This document shows, one piece after another, positions 50,900-60,811 of a stretch of DNA of 64,000 nt. The translations under genes and the position numbers were made by a program. The notes beneath the pieces were generated by a model, which saw nothing but the letters and a program-made list of their open reading frames with translations, did no database searches and was not told where the DNA came from. This DNA comes from a virus (taxonomy: Duplodnaviria > Heunggongvirae > Uroviricota > Caudoviricetes), in the IMG/VR virus record IMGVR_UViG_3300018080_000113, positions 97 to 64,096 of that record, one strand, 5' to 3'. Each line of letters begins with the position of its first letter. Positions within the stretch are counted from its first letter, which is position 1.

Positions 50900-51595
50900 T
50901 TAGCCTCCTTGGCGTGCACGCAATTTCTGTTTGACCCTAAACTCTTCCATTTGAGCTTTGTAGGCAGGGTCGTCAGTAAGTCTTGTTGAAGCGCCAGCAT
51001 CAGGAGAATCAAAACGTTCGTATTCTCTCATGTCGTCAGAAATAGCACCCTCAACACTGAAAGGTTTTTCTTCTTTAGGTTCAACGAATTTGATACCTTC
51101 TGTTATTATACCCTGTTCAAGTAGTACTGTCTCAGCATCAATATAAACCTGAACTATTTCTTGAAACGTCATGTTATTTACATCAGATATTTTATAGGCA
51201 GAAAATACCTGACAAATAGTTCTACGCATCATTGAAATGACACTATGAGATTGAGACCTGAATATACCCCACAGTTCTTCTGTGTATTCTTTAAAGTTTT
51301 CATTTGTACCAGAAAGATAAAGAATTGTTTTAGCAATAGTTTCTGGAATACCAGCTTTAAGATTTTGATCATGAACCGCCAAATACTCATCAAGTACACA
51401 TTCTTCAAAAATATGATTAAAGACAATAGTTTCTAAACTGCCATTGCCTTCAGCAGCATTGAGAACTTGAGCGTATTGTGAAGCCTTTTTAAACGAAGGT
51501 AGTTTAAAGATAACCTCTGTGTCATCTGGAAACGATACAACATAGATATCATTATCTACTTTTCGAATTGCTTCTAGTGCGGTTACAAAGCCCAT
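50900..51595 (-). CDS. Tail assembly chaperone-like protein 2 (231 aa)
   Basis: Located between the tube genes and the tape measure; IYVVSFPDDTEVIFKLPSF resembles the neighbour's VFIYRYL core. Confidence 0.5.
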   Translation of the reverse strand: MGFVTALEAIRKVDNDIYVVSFPDDTEVIFKLPSFKKASQYAQVLNAAEGNGSLETIVFNHIFEECVLDEYLAVHDQNLKAGIPETIAKTILYLSGTNENFKEYTEELWGIFRSQSHSVISMMRRTICQVFSAYKISDVNNMTFQEIVQVYIDAETVLLEQGIITEGIKFVEPKEEKPFSVEGAISDDMREYERFDSPDAGASTRLTDDPAYKAQMEEFRVKQKLRARQGG

Positions 51596-52380
51596 TACAG
51601 TTTAATCGTAATGTTTGCTACTTGCATTGGATCTAGGAACATAGACTGAATGCGTACTTGTTCTGCCAACATAGAAGCTGCGCCAGCTGGCAATCCACCT
51701 TTGGTGTGGGGGTTGAATTTTGGCCACAAGGTACATTTCTCTGCCATATGGTCTTCTTGTTGATCAACACGTAGCTTATGAAATGCTTCATTAGCTTGTA
51801 ACTGTGCCCATTCTTGACGCTTCAAGTACCTGTAAATAAATACATGATCATCAATCTGTAGAATAAAAACATTGCCATGGATATTTTTCCATTGCTTTAG
51901 AATTTCAGCAGATGGCGCACCAATATTCATTTCGGCAAGCATCTGTGCAACCCATTCAAGTCTAGCTTCTGGATCTTCAGGAACTTCAGGTCCTTCTTCT
52001 TCAGGCTCTTCAGCTGACTCTTCCTGAGAAGGCACAGGAGGGGCTGTAACTGGACTTGGAATAGGTTGGGGCTCTGGCATAGGAAAGCTAGGATCTTCCG
52101 CCTGTACAGCGTCCAGAGCGTCATTAATCATATTTGGAGACTTCATTTGTTCAAACTCCTTCTGGCTAGCAATTAAAAAGCTATCATCTGTAATATTATT
52201 GTCTACTAAATCTTGCATTTCTTCAAGAGGATTAAACACAACATTTTTAGGACCATAAATGCTTTCGTCTAGTTCTTTTGTTTTTGGATTCCAACCTTTA
52301 TTTGACATGCTTTCTGCAATAGCAAGGTCTTCTCCATATTTCGCAGCGATCTGCGGTTTAAGAGGCAGCTTCTTTCCCAT
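51595..52380 (-). CDS. Tail assembly chaperone-like protein 1 (261 aa) with an acidic/Pro-rich linker
   Basis: WKNIHGNVFILQIDDHVFIYRYLKRQEW...CTLWP...GLPAGAASMLAEQV; position fits. Confidence 0.55.
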   Translation of the reverse strand: MGKKLPLKPQIAAKYGEDLAIAESMSNKGWNPKTKELDESIYGPKNVVFNPLEEMQDLVDNNITDDSFLIASQKEFEQMKSPNMINDALDAVQAEDPSFPMPEPQPIPSPVTAPPVPSQEESAEEPEEEGPEVPEDPEARLEWVAQMLAEMNIGAPSAEILKQWKNIHGNVFILQIDDHVFIYRYLKRQEWAQLQANEAFHKLRVDQQEDHMAEKCTLWPKFNPHTKGGLPAGAASMLAEQVRIQSMFLDPMQVANITIKL

Positions 52381-52395
52381 TTTAAAACTCCTTGG

Positions 52396-53316
52396 TTATA
52401 CGAGGTTTCTTGCGATAAAATTATATTGCTCGTAGACGGGCTGACCTGAAATCTCAATGCTTTGAGATTGCCCTGTGAATGAAAGATCAAGAATTTTCTT
52501 GACCGTATGATTAGCGGGGTGATGTGACATATCTCCATAAACAATCCACATGTCAATTTGTGGATACTGATCTACACGTCTATGTCGTAATACATTTTCA
52601 TTTGTAATTTGAGTTTTCTTATCAATATTTTTAGAAAACAATTTATCTCTTACTGTAGGATTGCTAATATCAGATCCATACCAAATAGCATCTTCAAATA
52701 CTTCTGCCCAGTCTTCAAATGCATTATCAGGAAGAGCCCCAAGTTCTCTCCAGAATTGATTGTACTGTCTGTTCTGTCTATTCTGGTTTGCTGTCTCTTC
52801 CCATCCAAGCATCTGTTCTACATTTGCTTCCATCACTTGTTTTCTTCTGGCAGCTTTAGATGCAGCAGCTAGACTGTAGCCAGATTCTTGTGGATTGTAC
52901 GAGTTTATTATTTTGCCCTGAGAATCAACAGAATATCTAGGAGAGCTAGATAACTGGGATCGGAATAACGACAAGGCTTCATCGTTTCCTGCTGCAGTTA
53001 TTGAGTTAACAATTCCAGCCTTTTCTTGAAACCTTTGCATTGGCCACAAGAGATATCCTGCTTCTTTAAAAGCTACAGTTAAAGTACCTTGTACAATAAC
53101 ATGGCCATCAGCAACAAAAGTATAATATTGATTTGCATATCCGTAGATTGGAGTTTTTGTTTGTTCGACATTAAAACTAAGAGCAACAGCACTATCAATT
53201 AAAACATCACCAATCATGACTCCAATTTGCGAACCAGAGAACCAGTCGTATTCATATGCAAATGAACCGATTCCGTGTGGATGCAAAAAGTTTCCTTGGT
53301 TATCTCTAAGTGCCAT
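52396..53316 (-). CDS. Tail-tube-fold paralog 3 (306 aa), probable tube/baseplate junction protein
   Basis: FSGSQIGVMIG...LSFNVEQTKTPIYGYA...GHVIVQGTL aligns with the tube motif. Confidence 0.65.
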   Translation of the reverse strand: MALRDNQGNFLHPHGIGSFAYEYDWFSGSQIGVMIGDVLIDSAVALSFNVEQTKTPIYGYANQYYTFVADGHVIVQGTLTVAFKEAGYLLWPMQRFQEKAGIVNSITAAGNDEALSLFRSQLSSSPRYSVDSQGKIINSYNPQESGYSLAAASKAARRKQVMEANVEQMLGWEETANQNRQNRQYNQFWRELGALPDNAFEDWAEVFEDAIWYGSDISNPTVRDKLFSKNIDKKTQITNENVLRHRRVDQYPQIDMWIVYGDMSHHPANHTVKKILDLSFTGQSQSIEISGQPVYEQYNFIARNLV

Positions 53317-54233
53317 TAGACAAATTGGTTCCTTCTAAGCAAATGGTTATTTCTGTATTGTTGCTCTCTTAATAAAGAAGAAGCAGTAGAGGTCCATTCC
53401 TCTTTAATGCCTTGGCCGTCTACCTGACGTTTGTCGACCAAAGTCATTGGGTCCATATCCCTTGCTACATACTGTACCACGTTCTCAGAGAAGATGTCTT
53501 CAATAGAAAAAGTAGATCCTTCTTGTACAAACTCTACGCCATATAGGCCCATATGTGACAATGCACCATACTCATTTGCAAAGACGAGACTAATATCTAA
53601 GGGAGGAAGCTGGTCTGGCAAATTAGTTGTATAGGTATATTTGTCATGGTCACTAGTACCTGTATTGTAAAATTTAAGATTTAAATTAAGTATTTCATGC
53701 AATACATGCTCATGGAATACAGTAAAGACCATAGAGCCACCAATTGTTCTAGGGCCACGAACATATGCTCTTGGATACACAGAACCTAATGTTCTAACTG
53801 GTGACTTTTCACGGAAAACACTATACGAAATTGTTTGTAGTTCGGCAATAACTTTTGATGTTGGCATATTTTTAATATCACTAGAATAACTGTCAACAAG
53901 TTCTAGCTCACCAAGAAGAGCATCTCTTTGTTCTGTAAGCTGGATGACCCGATTAGGAACAGTGCCATCAGAGATAGCAGTTGCGATTTGGTTGTCTAGT
54001 TTTGATAGTTCATACTCATACTTGATCTTATCTTCATAAACAACTTTATCAAGCGTTGTGTCTCTTGGAAAATGAACAATCACTTTACAGTCTGCACCAG
54101 AGTAACTGCCAAATCCAAGATAGTCAGACACTTGTGAGGAAATACCTTCGTTACCAGAACTACCGGCAACTTGCATAGCCTGACTTGCTTTCATAACTGT
54201 TCCAGCTTTTGTACCGAGATTGGCCATAGACAA
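53316..54233 (-). CDS. Tail-tube-fold paralog 2 (305 aa) with a coiled-coil insertion
   Basis: SYSGAD...LQTISYSVFREKSPVRTLG...RGPRTIGGSMVF...QLPPLDISLVFANEYG. Confidence 0.7.
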   Translation of the reverse strand: MSMANLGTKAGTVMKASQAMQVAGSSGNEGISSQVSDYLGFGSYSGADCKVIVHFPRDTTLDKVVYEDKIKYEYELSKLDNQIATAISDGTVPNRVIQLTEQRDALLGELELVDSYSSDIKNMPTSKVIAELQTISYSVFREKSPVRTLGSVYPRAYVRGPRTIGGSMVFTVFHEHVLHEILNLNLKFYNTGTSDHDKYTYTTNLPDQLPPLDISLVFANEYGALSHMGLYGVEFVQEGSTFSIEDIFSENVVQYVARDMDPMTLVDKRQVDGQGIKEEWTSTASSLLREQQYRNNHLLRRNQFV

Positions 54234-54242
54234 GTTCTCCTT

Positions 54243-54288
54243 AGAAGAGAGGAGGGAAGACAGGGTTAAGGATTATTCCCTAACCCTG
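54243..54288 (-). terminator. Hairpin terminator-like structure after the tube gene
   Basis: On the minus strand CAGGGTTAGGGA-ATAA-TCCTTAACCCTG forms a 12-bp stem (one G-U) at 54261-54288, followed by a pyrimidine-rich rather than pure-U tail. Confidence 0.55.
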
Positions 54289-54308
54289 CTTAATAGACAA
54301 TTAACAAA

Positions 54309-54986
54309 CTAGCTCAACATATCTTGATGGACACCTTGACTTACCCATGGCAATAGACCATGAGCAATATAAGTGTAACTGTGCTCTGATACGATATCAT
54401 CAATAGACACACCGTAACCAGAGTTCATTAGTTCGCAACCAAGAATTTTCATAATGGAGAGTGCTCCATATTCATTTGCTGCTGCAAGAACAACATCAAA
54501 TGGAGGAATTTGGTCTGCGTACCATGGCAAAGCTTTTTGCTGATCTGAGCCAGCAGATGTAATATTACTTTCTTGCTGTCCAATATTTGCACCAGGAACG
54601 TTTGCGCTTCCTGTTGGATCTACTGGACTAACACTAGATGTCGCAACAGATACTGTTTCTCCTGCTTCATAGTTAGGACGTAAATCATCAATATCGGACA
54701 AGAAATAAAGACGTCTACTTTCTTCTTTCTTATCGGGATTTGCAAGTTCGAACATTAGTGGTTCATGATCGAATTGAATAAAGACCAAAGAGCCTGCAAT
54801 CGCTCGTTTGCCACGTGCAAATGCTCTTGGGTCTGCGCTACCCATTGTATAAATAGGTGCTTTCTCACGAGACACTTGGTATGAAATACCTTGAATGCTA
54901 CCGATAACATTAGCACCGATAACAGCCTTAATGTCTACTCCACTGAAACTATTATAGCCTCTTGTGAATGCGGATTGTAGTGCCAT
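54309..54986 (-). CDS. Major tail tube protein (225 aa)
   Basis: Directly follows the sheath; SFSGVDIKAV...IQGISYQVSREKAPIYTMG...ARGKRAIAGSLVF...QIPPFDV...ANEYG. Confidence 0.8.
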   Translation of the reverse strand: MALQSAFTRGYNSFSGVDIKAVIGANVIGSIQGISYQVSREKAPIYTMGSADPRAFARGKRAIAGSLVFIQFDHEPLMFELANPDKKEESRRLYFLSDIDDLRPNYEAGETVSVATSSVSPVDPTGSANVPGANIGQQESNITSAGSDQQKALPWYADQIPPFDVVLAAANEYGALSIMKILGCELMNSGYGVSIDDIVSEHSYTYIAHGLLPWVSQGVHQDMLS

Positions 54987-55008
54987 TGCCTATCATTCCT
55001 CCCTTAAA

Positions 55009-56895
55009 TTAGCCAGACTTGCTTAGTGACACTGTCACATTGATCTGACGGATCTCGAACGCTGGAATCAACGTCAGGTTGACTTCCACTACGCCCAACA
55101 CTTCTTGTTGAGGTGTTTGAATTACACTAAAGTCTTTGTAATTTTGCAGGTATCCATCTTTCTTCCCTTGCAGAAGAACTCCTTCTACTACAGTTTCCAT
55201 ACTTGCACGCACAGAAGCTCCGGTACCTTCTCCAATAAACTTATCAAGTCCTGCTCGAACACCGTCTATAATTGCTTTAACAATACGTACTGTAGACAAA
55301 CGTCTCCAGTCAGAGCTTGGCAAAGTTGCCATAGGAGAATCAGTTACTACCACTCCGCCACCTGGACGTGTACGTAGAGAAACATATCCTGCTCCTGTTA
55401 AGCTGTCATAAGCACCAAGGCTCATCTTGTAAATAATAGATGCACCAGAAACAGACTTGTTTGTTGGAGCTGATGCTGGCGGCATGCCAACATAGAATCC
55501 AGCGTAAGAAGCTGCCCATGTTGCACGGTATCCTGCTGGGTACCAGTTATTACGAAGGAAACCAGTTTCAGCAACTATAGAAAAGTATTTACCAAGATCA
55601 ATAGCAACATCATTGTCATCTAGTTGTTCTGTACCATCCATAAATTCGGTATCAGTAAGAATGAATCCACCGCCATAAACACCACTTCTATGATCACTGC
55701 GACCGACCATAAACTTGTTACCAAGCAAGCCAGTACCATTGTCTCCTGAAGAAGCAATAGAATATACGCCTGTGCTAGTATTTAGTGTCCATGTTGGGTC
55801 TTCTCCTAGCCAACGAGCCTTGTCTCTTAAAGAATTGCTCTCTGGAGGAAGAACACCAATAACACCAGAAGCATCAACAATTTCTTCACTGTAATCATAC
55901 AAGAAGCGACCTAGTTGATATCCAAAGTTAACCTCATGGAAATCAGCAGTTGTCAAAGTTGTGCCATCAATTTTTGTAGTTGTACTTGAAGAACCAACTG
56001 CTGGAGTAGGAACTACATCTGCAACACCGTCACCATTAATATCCCACCAGAAATAATATTCTCCTTGATACTCTTCTACATAAACTTTACCTAAAGAGTC
56101 AACATCAACAGTTGGAGAATATGCACCGGCTGTTGGATATGTTTGTCCGGCAGGAATTACAGGAGTCACTGCTCCTTTAAAGTTACCCTGTGCAGCTACA
56201 TTATTATCATCTAAATAAACATCCATAGGCACGATTACATCAAAGTCTTCAGCCATTAGGTTTTTATATGCAACATATAGCTCTTGGTACATTTCCATAC
56301 GTGACAGACTTAGTCCATCTGTGCCAGCAGTAAAAGATGTTCCTGGGTATGTAGAAGCATCTACATCTTCTAGGTTGACTGCCGCAGAAGCCGTACCAAT
56401 GTCGGCTCCACCAGCAGCTGCACGATGACCACTAACTACGACTTCAAGTAAGTCAATTGGACTAGTGCTGTCGTTGTCATACACAACAAGACCATCACTA
56501 GTACGATAGACAATCAATCTGCCTGTACTGTCAGTGTAGAATACAGAATAATCTTCTCCTGCGTCTGCATCTTGTTCTACTGTTTCAATTCTAAAACCAT
56601 CTGTGCCTAATGCATCGCCAACATGATCTAGAACTGCAGATGTTGAACCAATTCTATAGAGCGTAATTTCTTCTGCTCCAGTTTTTAGTGCTTCCCACAT
56701 TCCACGAATTAATGTTCCGTCGTTACCAAATTCACCTTTGGCTGCAGAACTTGTTGGAACAAGATAAATCTCGTCTCCTTGTCCTTTACCGGCCGTACCA
56801 ACTACCAGAACACGTGGTGCTCTTGATGCTGCTGAAGGCGCTAAGTTTCCATCGTTCTTGGAAAATTTTACACCTGGAAGATTTGAATACGTCAT
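55009..56895 (-). CDS. Contractile tail sheath protein (628 aa)
   Basis: N-terminal LPGVKF; C-terminal SDWRRLSTVRIVKAIIDGVR...FIGEG...VEVNLTLIPAFEIRQINVTVSL is the sheath C-terminal signature. Confidence 0.88.
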   Translation of the reverse strand: MTYSNLPGVKFSKNDGNLAPSAASRAPRVLVVGTAGKGQGDEIYLVPTSSAAKGEFGNDGTLIRGMWEALKTGAEEITLYRIGSTSAVLDHVGDALGTDGFRIETVEQDADAGEDYSVFYTDSTGRLIVYRTSDGLVVYDNDSTSPIDLLEVVVSGHRAAAGGADIGTASAAVNLEDVDASTYPGTSFTAGTDGLSLSRMEMYQELYVAYKNLMAEDFDVIVPMDVYLDDNNVAAQGNFKGAVTPVIPAGQTYPTAGAYSPTVDVDSLGKVYVEEYQGEYYFWWDINGDGVADVVPTPAVGSSSTTTKIDGTTLTTADFHEVNFGYQLGRFLYDYSEEIVDASGVIGVLPPESNSLRDKARWLGEDPTWTLNTSTGVYSIASSGDNGTGLLGNKFMVGRSDHRSGVYGGGFILTDTEFMDGTEQLDDNDVAIDLGKYFSIVAETGFLRNNWYPAGYRATWAASYAGFYVGMPPASAPTNKSVSGASIIYKMSLGAYDSLTGAGYVSLRTRPGGGVVVTDSPMATLPSSDWRRLSTVRIVKAIIDGVRAGLDKFIGEGTGASVRASMETVVEGVLLQGKKDGYLQNYKDFSVIQTPQQEVLGVVEVNLTLIPAFEIRQINVTVSLSKSG

Positions 56896-56907
56896 TTGCG
56901 AACCCTC

Positions 56908-57621
56908 CTAATTGCTTGATAGTTCCAGTTTAATAAGAATATCTTTTAGTTCTTGCGTACTAAAGTAGAACGTATCATCTGTTCTCACCATATAGGTGAT
57001 AGGGTATTTTGTTACTGTAAGTTCGTCTATCATTGCTCTTTCTCTACTACCAACGCCTTCTTCAACTACACGAAAACCATATAAACGAAAATACCAGTTA
57101 TAAATGTCCATTACATGCTCAAACCATAAGAGTCTTTCTCTAGCGACCTTATTTGTACGAGCGTATATGTTGAAGGTAATCCAATTATCATAAAACCTGC
57201 CAACTGTGACAAGTTTTTGTCCTGGCGCTTCAGGATGATCAATAATTGATCTTTGATGAGGAACTACCTCTTTAACTTTTCCTGCTCCAGAAGGACCTTG
57301 ATCAATACGACCAGGTACTCTAGTTTTCAAATAGAAGGTTATTGCCTCAGTATCTACAGACTCTGGAGGATCATCTTCAACAACCAGAATTTGTTTGTCT
57401 GCTGGTACTCCTTCTTGATTCTGTTTCGAACTAATTACTGTCTGTATCATTTCGAAAAAGTCTTGTAATTCTGCACCAGAAGCAGGAGTTCTTTTTCCTC
57501 TGTCATAACTTTCAAGATAGTTAGCAACAACGGCATTAATTTCCGTCTCATTGTAGCGAACACGCGTGCTCGAAGCTTCAACTGACGGTATATTAGTTAT
57601 GTTGTCTATTCTTGATGCCAT
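56908..57621 (-). CDS. Tail terminator/completion-like protein (237 aa)
   Basis: Located between neck and sheath; FYDNWITFNIYARTNKVARERLLWFE pattern. Confidence 0.55.
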   Translation of the reverse strand: MASRIDNITNIPSVEASSTRVRYNETEINAVVANYLESYDRGKRTPASGAELQDFFEMIQTVISSKQNQEGVPADKQILVVEDDPPESVDTEAITFYLKTRVPGRIDQGPSGAGKVKEVVPHQRSIIDHPEAPGQKLVTVGRFYDNWITFNIYARTNKVARERLLWFEHVMDIYNWYFRLYGFRVVEEGVGSRERAMIDELTVTKYPITYMVRTDDTFYFSTQELKDILIKLELSSN

Positions 57622-58162
57622 ACCACGTACTCCATTTACGTTCTTCTATTGCACGAATTCTCCAGAACTCTATTCTACCATTATCTGACCTAAAAGGGTC
57701 TGCAGCTAAAATTTTAAAGAACTTGCTACGTGTTACTGGAGTTGAAGGACTACCATCTACTCCTAATTCAACAGTAACTATGTAATCTTCTGGAGCAATA
57801 ACTACATCATACTCAAGAAAGAAGTCGTCTCCTTCAAATTCTTGATTCTTTCCTTCACGCTTACGAAAAGAATCATCATTTCTATAATACACTATTTTGA
57901 CCTCATCCCAAAAGTACCCCATGCCTAAACAGTATCTGCAATAATAATCTTGGTCTGATTCATCAGTAACTTGATCTCTACAAGGACAGCGAAGAAGGTC
58001 TCCATTATCGTCTCTTCTCATACGCCTTAAAAGACCTTCGCGACCTTTCGCTACTTCATCAACTGCACCATATAGTGTACGATACATCTCTGTTCGCAAA
58101 TCAAGTTCTTTGCCAGAAGACCCTGTCGGATAAAGATTTGTATATGGATTTGTACCAGCCAT
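57593..58162 (-). CDS. Head-closure/neck protein with a CxC...CxxC Zn-ribbon (189 aa)
   Basis: RCPCRD...CRYCLGMGYFW; ends in RSDNGRIEFW; position fits. Confidence 0.55.
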   Translation of the reverse strand: MAGTNPYTNLYPTGSSGKELDLRTEMYRTLYGAVDEVAKGREGLLRRMRRDDNGDLLRCPCRDQVTDESDQDYYCRYCLGMGYFWDEVKIVYYRNDDSFRKREGKNQEFEGDDFFLEYDVVIAPEDYIVTVELGVDGSPSTPVTRSKFFKILAADPFRSDNGRIEFWRIRAIEERKWSTWYGIKNRQHN

Positions 58163-59973
58163 TAATCATCAGTCCTCCAGGAGTTCTTTGTTCTCCATGT
58201 CTTAAGTGCACGCCTACTACTACTCCCTCTTACAGAAGTATTAGTAGATGGACGATAATATCCAAGACCTGAAGTTGCTTCCCATTGTCTTCCAACTGCA
58301 ATTGCATCATCTGCGTCGGCACCTTTAACTGTAGAACCAGGCTTAACAGAAGTGTCAGGTGCAATTTCTCCACCTGTTTGTATGACAATCTTCCAGTATT
58401 CAATACAATCTTGTAATTTTGCTTTAGTCTCTGAAAGACCTTCGCCAACACCATCTCTAGAGATAGACAAATCACCTAAGCGCTTAGTCATCTTGTCAGA
58501 CGTGCTGCCGTCAACAGAAAGACTATTTACAAGAATAAGCTCTGCTAAACATGTAGTGTATTCACGGCGAGCCATGTTTCTAAATGTAGCATTGTCAGTA
58601 GTTGCTACAAATGTAATTGCATCTACCATAAGGGAAGCTTCTAGGATAGCTAGCATGATTGTTTCATCTTGAACAGAAGAAATAAGAGAACTCAAGTCAA
58701 GCCTGATTCTTCTTAAACTAGTATAGATAGGAGTATAAGAGGTAGCAAAATAGGTAATATATTCTTCGTCTAATGTATTACCTTCATCATCAGCAATAGT
58801 TGCATCAAGAGTTATGATTACAATATTGTTTTGATAAAGCTGAGCAGGATCTAAATCAACTCTAATTACATTAGTACCAACAAGAGAAACTGTAAAGTCT
58901 AGATCTCCAGTATAAGAAATACCCAAAGAATCATCTACTCCAGTGGCAGGCTCACTACGAACATGAACTGCATCTACAAGAGTTGTCGCATCGGTAGGAT
59001 TAGTGTCTGTGAGTGTAAATTCAATACGTTCACCTGCATACGGATCAGTAGAAATAGTAACACCGTATTCTCCACCTGTAGGATCAACAGAGACAACACT
59101 AAAAGAAGAAGTAGAAGTTGAGCCAGAAGTCGTAGTGCCAAGTGTAGCGATGCCACTTGCACTAGAGGTAGAAGGAGGAGTTAGAACAGAGCCGCTGCCT
59201 GTATGGAAGGTCCACTTGTATGTGTTTGGCAGAGCGTAGAATGGAATACAGACTATTGTCCATCTGTCACCAGACACGAAAGTACCATCAGGATCACATG
59301 TGAGATAGAGGCCATTTTCAAGTTCTCTACGTCCTGTTACTGTAATTCCATTATATATTGTTAACGGGTCAGATTCTTCCCACCATTGATAAGTGGCATT
59401 ACCAGTTTGTCCACCAGCAGTGATCTCAACAACATATGTTTTTTGTGTAGTCGCTGTAAAGCCTCCGCCAGCATATATAACACCAGTGCCAGTTACAGTA
59501 ACAGGTTCTGGATCAAATACTGTTCTGGTGCGTACTCCACTATCAAATGCATTTGTTGTATCTTCATCGCCTGCAACAAGAGCAGAATATTCTTTATTAG
59601 AAGCAAGAGGAGCTTGAGGCGTAAGTGTTGCCACTGTGTACCACAGATTGCCAGCACCAGCGTAATCTACTTCGGTATCAGCAACTGGAGAGCCCGATGC
59701 ATCTACTCTTGAAAATGAGACCGTGCATTTTATAAAGCCACCAAAGTACGGAGAGTCTAAAATATCAGAAGCATTAAGGCCAGGTTCTTCAAATGGATTC
59801 ATTTCTCCACCAAAGAACACACCCTGATCTGGTCCTGTTAAAACAAATGTGCCAGTATTGATAGAATCTTCATCCATTTCCTGGTCAAATGTTACAGTGA
59901 TTTGATCGCCAATTGGAATACCAACAGCACTATTTGCAGGATAGACATCAACTATACTTGGGACTGTAGCCAT
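58162..59973 (-). CDS. Head-tail adaptor-like protein fused to Ig-like domains (603 aa)
   Basis: N-terminal PSIVDVYPANSAVGIPIGDQITVTFDQEMD (Big_5-like); C-terminal YTSLRRIRLDL...EAS...RREYTTC...KRLGDLSIS (gp15-type adaptor-like). Confidence 0.6.
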   Translation of the reverse strand: MATVPSIVDVYPANSAVGIPIGDQITVTFDQEMDEDSINTGTFVLTGPDQGVFFGGEMNPFEEPGLNASDILDSPYFGGFIKCTVSFSRVDASGSPVADTEVDYAGAGNLWYTVATLTPQAPLASNKEYSALVAGDEDTTNAFDSGVRTRTVFDPEPVTVTGTGVIYAGGGFTATTQKTYVVEITAGGQTGNATYQWWEESDPLTIYNGITVTGRRELENGLYLTCDPDGTFVSGDRWTIVCIPFYALPNTYKWTFHTGSGSVLTPPSTSSASGIATLGTTTSGSTSTSSFSVVSVDPTGGEYGVTISTDPYAGERIEFTLTDTNPTDATTLVDAVHVRSEPATGVDDSLGISYTGDLDFTVSLVGTNVIRVDLDPAQLYQNNIVIITLDATIADDEGNTLDEEYITYFATSYTPIYTSLRRIRLDLSSLISSVQDETIMLAILEASLMVDAITFVATTDNATFRNMARREYTTCLAELILVNSLSVDGSTSDKMTKRLGDLSISRDGVGEGLSETKAKLQDCIEYWKIVIQTGGEIAPDTSVKPGSTVKGADADDAIAVGRQWEATSGLGYYRPSTNTSVRGSSSRRALKTWRTKNSWRTDD

Positions 59974-59981
59974 ATTTTACA

Positions 59982-60263
59982 CTACTCCTCTTCGATTTCG
60001 AGTTCTTCCGCGATTCTAAGAATCTGGGCATCTTCGGCTGTTGGCTTAGGAATATCATTACCGTCATTGCCGAGTATCTGTGCAAATTCTTCAGCAGAAG
60101 ACTCTGCTTTTTGGCGTTTAGCCAATGCGCGTAAATTGCAAATAAAATCTTCTGTTACTTTTATTTCTTTGTCTTCTCCTTTATCTTTTACTATAGCTAT
60201 AGAGGGAACGTTTAATTTAACTTGATGTTCTTTCTCTGGCGGCAATAACTTAATCTTGTCCAT
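59982..60263 (-). CDS. Hypothetical acidic protein (about 93 aa; start revised from 60311 to 60263)
   Basis: GGAGTTTTAAAATG at 60263, just after the upstream stop codon. Confidence 0.6.
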   Translation of the reverse strand: MDKIKLLPPEKEHQVKLNVPSIAIVKDKGEDKEIKVTEDFICNLRALAKRQKAESSAEEFAQILGNDGNDIPKPTAEDAQILRIAEELEIEEE

Positions 60264-60264
60264 T

Positions 60265-60795
60265 TTAAAACTCCATGATTCGTTGTTCAATTGTACTAAT
60301 AATACCTGCACGATTTCTGTCTGACTTCTCAGTCTCTAAACAAGCATGCAAAAGCATCAAACCTTCTTCTGTTGTTGGTAATTGCTTGATTGTCTTTTTA
60401 ACTGTATTGCCATTCTTGCTTAAAAGCAACTCTGCATTTTCATAATCATTTTCGTCTGGAACTTGAACTTCATCTTCGTCTGGAGCATCATCTTCAACTG
60501 TCATAGAAAACACCTCGGGAATCGTGTCGGACTCGTCGTACTTAATGTCTTCTATGTCTACAGAGAACTCACCACTAATAAGAATTGCACTATCAAGGTT
60601 TTTTAGCTTATTGTTGTCAGGATCAAAGATTCTAATTTCGCCTCTGCTTGCAGAATGGTTGATAATTTTTTTGTTCTCGTCTGACAAACTATCTATATTG
60701 ATAAAATCACTTACTGGTTTATTCTTAGTTAAGTTTACGGTTTTCCCTAAAAACCAAAATGGGCAATCTGCTAGTCTAATCTTAACAAGCCTCAT
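60265..60795 (-). CDS. Hypothetical protein (176 aa) downstream of the MCP
   Basis: ORF with SD; acidic linker; C-terminal helical motif LETEKSDRNRAGII. Confidence 0.6.
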   Translation of the reverse strand: MRLVKIRLADCPFWFLGKTVNLTKNKPVSDFINIDSLSDENKKIINHSASRGEIRIFDPDNNKLKNLDSAILISGEFSVDIEDIKYDESDTIPEVFSMTVEDDAPDEDEVQVPDENDYENAELLLSKNGNTVKKTIKQLPTTEEGLMLLHACLETEKSDRNRAGIISTIEQRIMEF

Positions 60796-60811
60796 TTGCT
60801 TTACTCCTTGG

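Noticed and set aside
50900-52380. Programmed -1 frameshift joining the two chaperone-like genes
   Set aside because: I found no slippery heptamer near the end of the first gene; the genes are coupled by TAATG instead.
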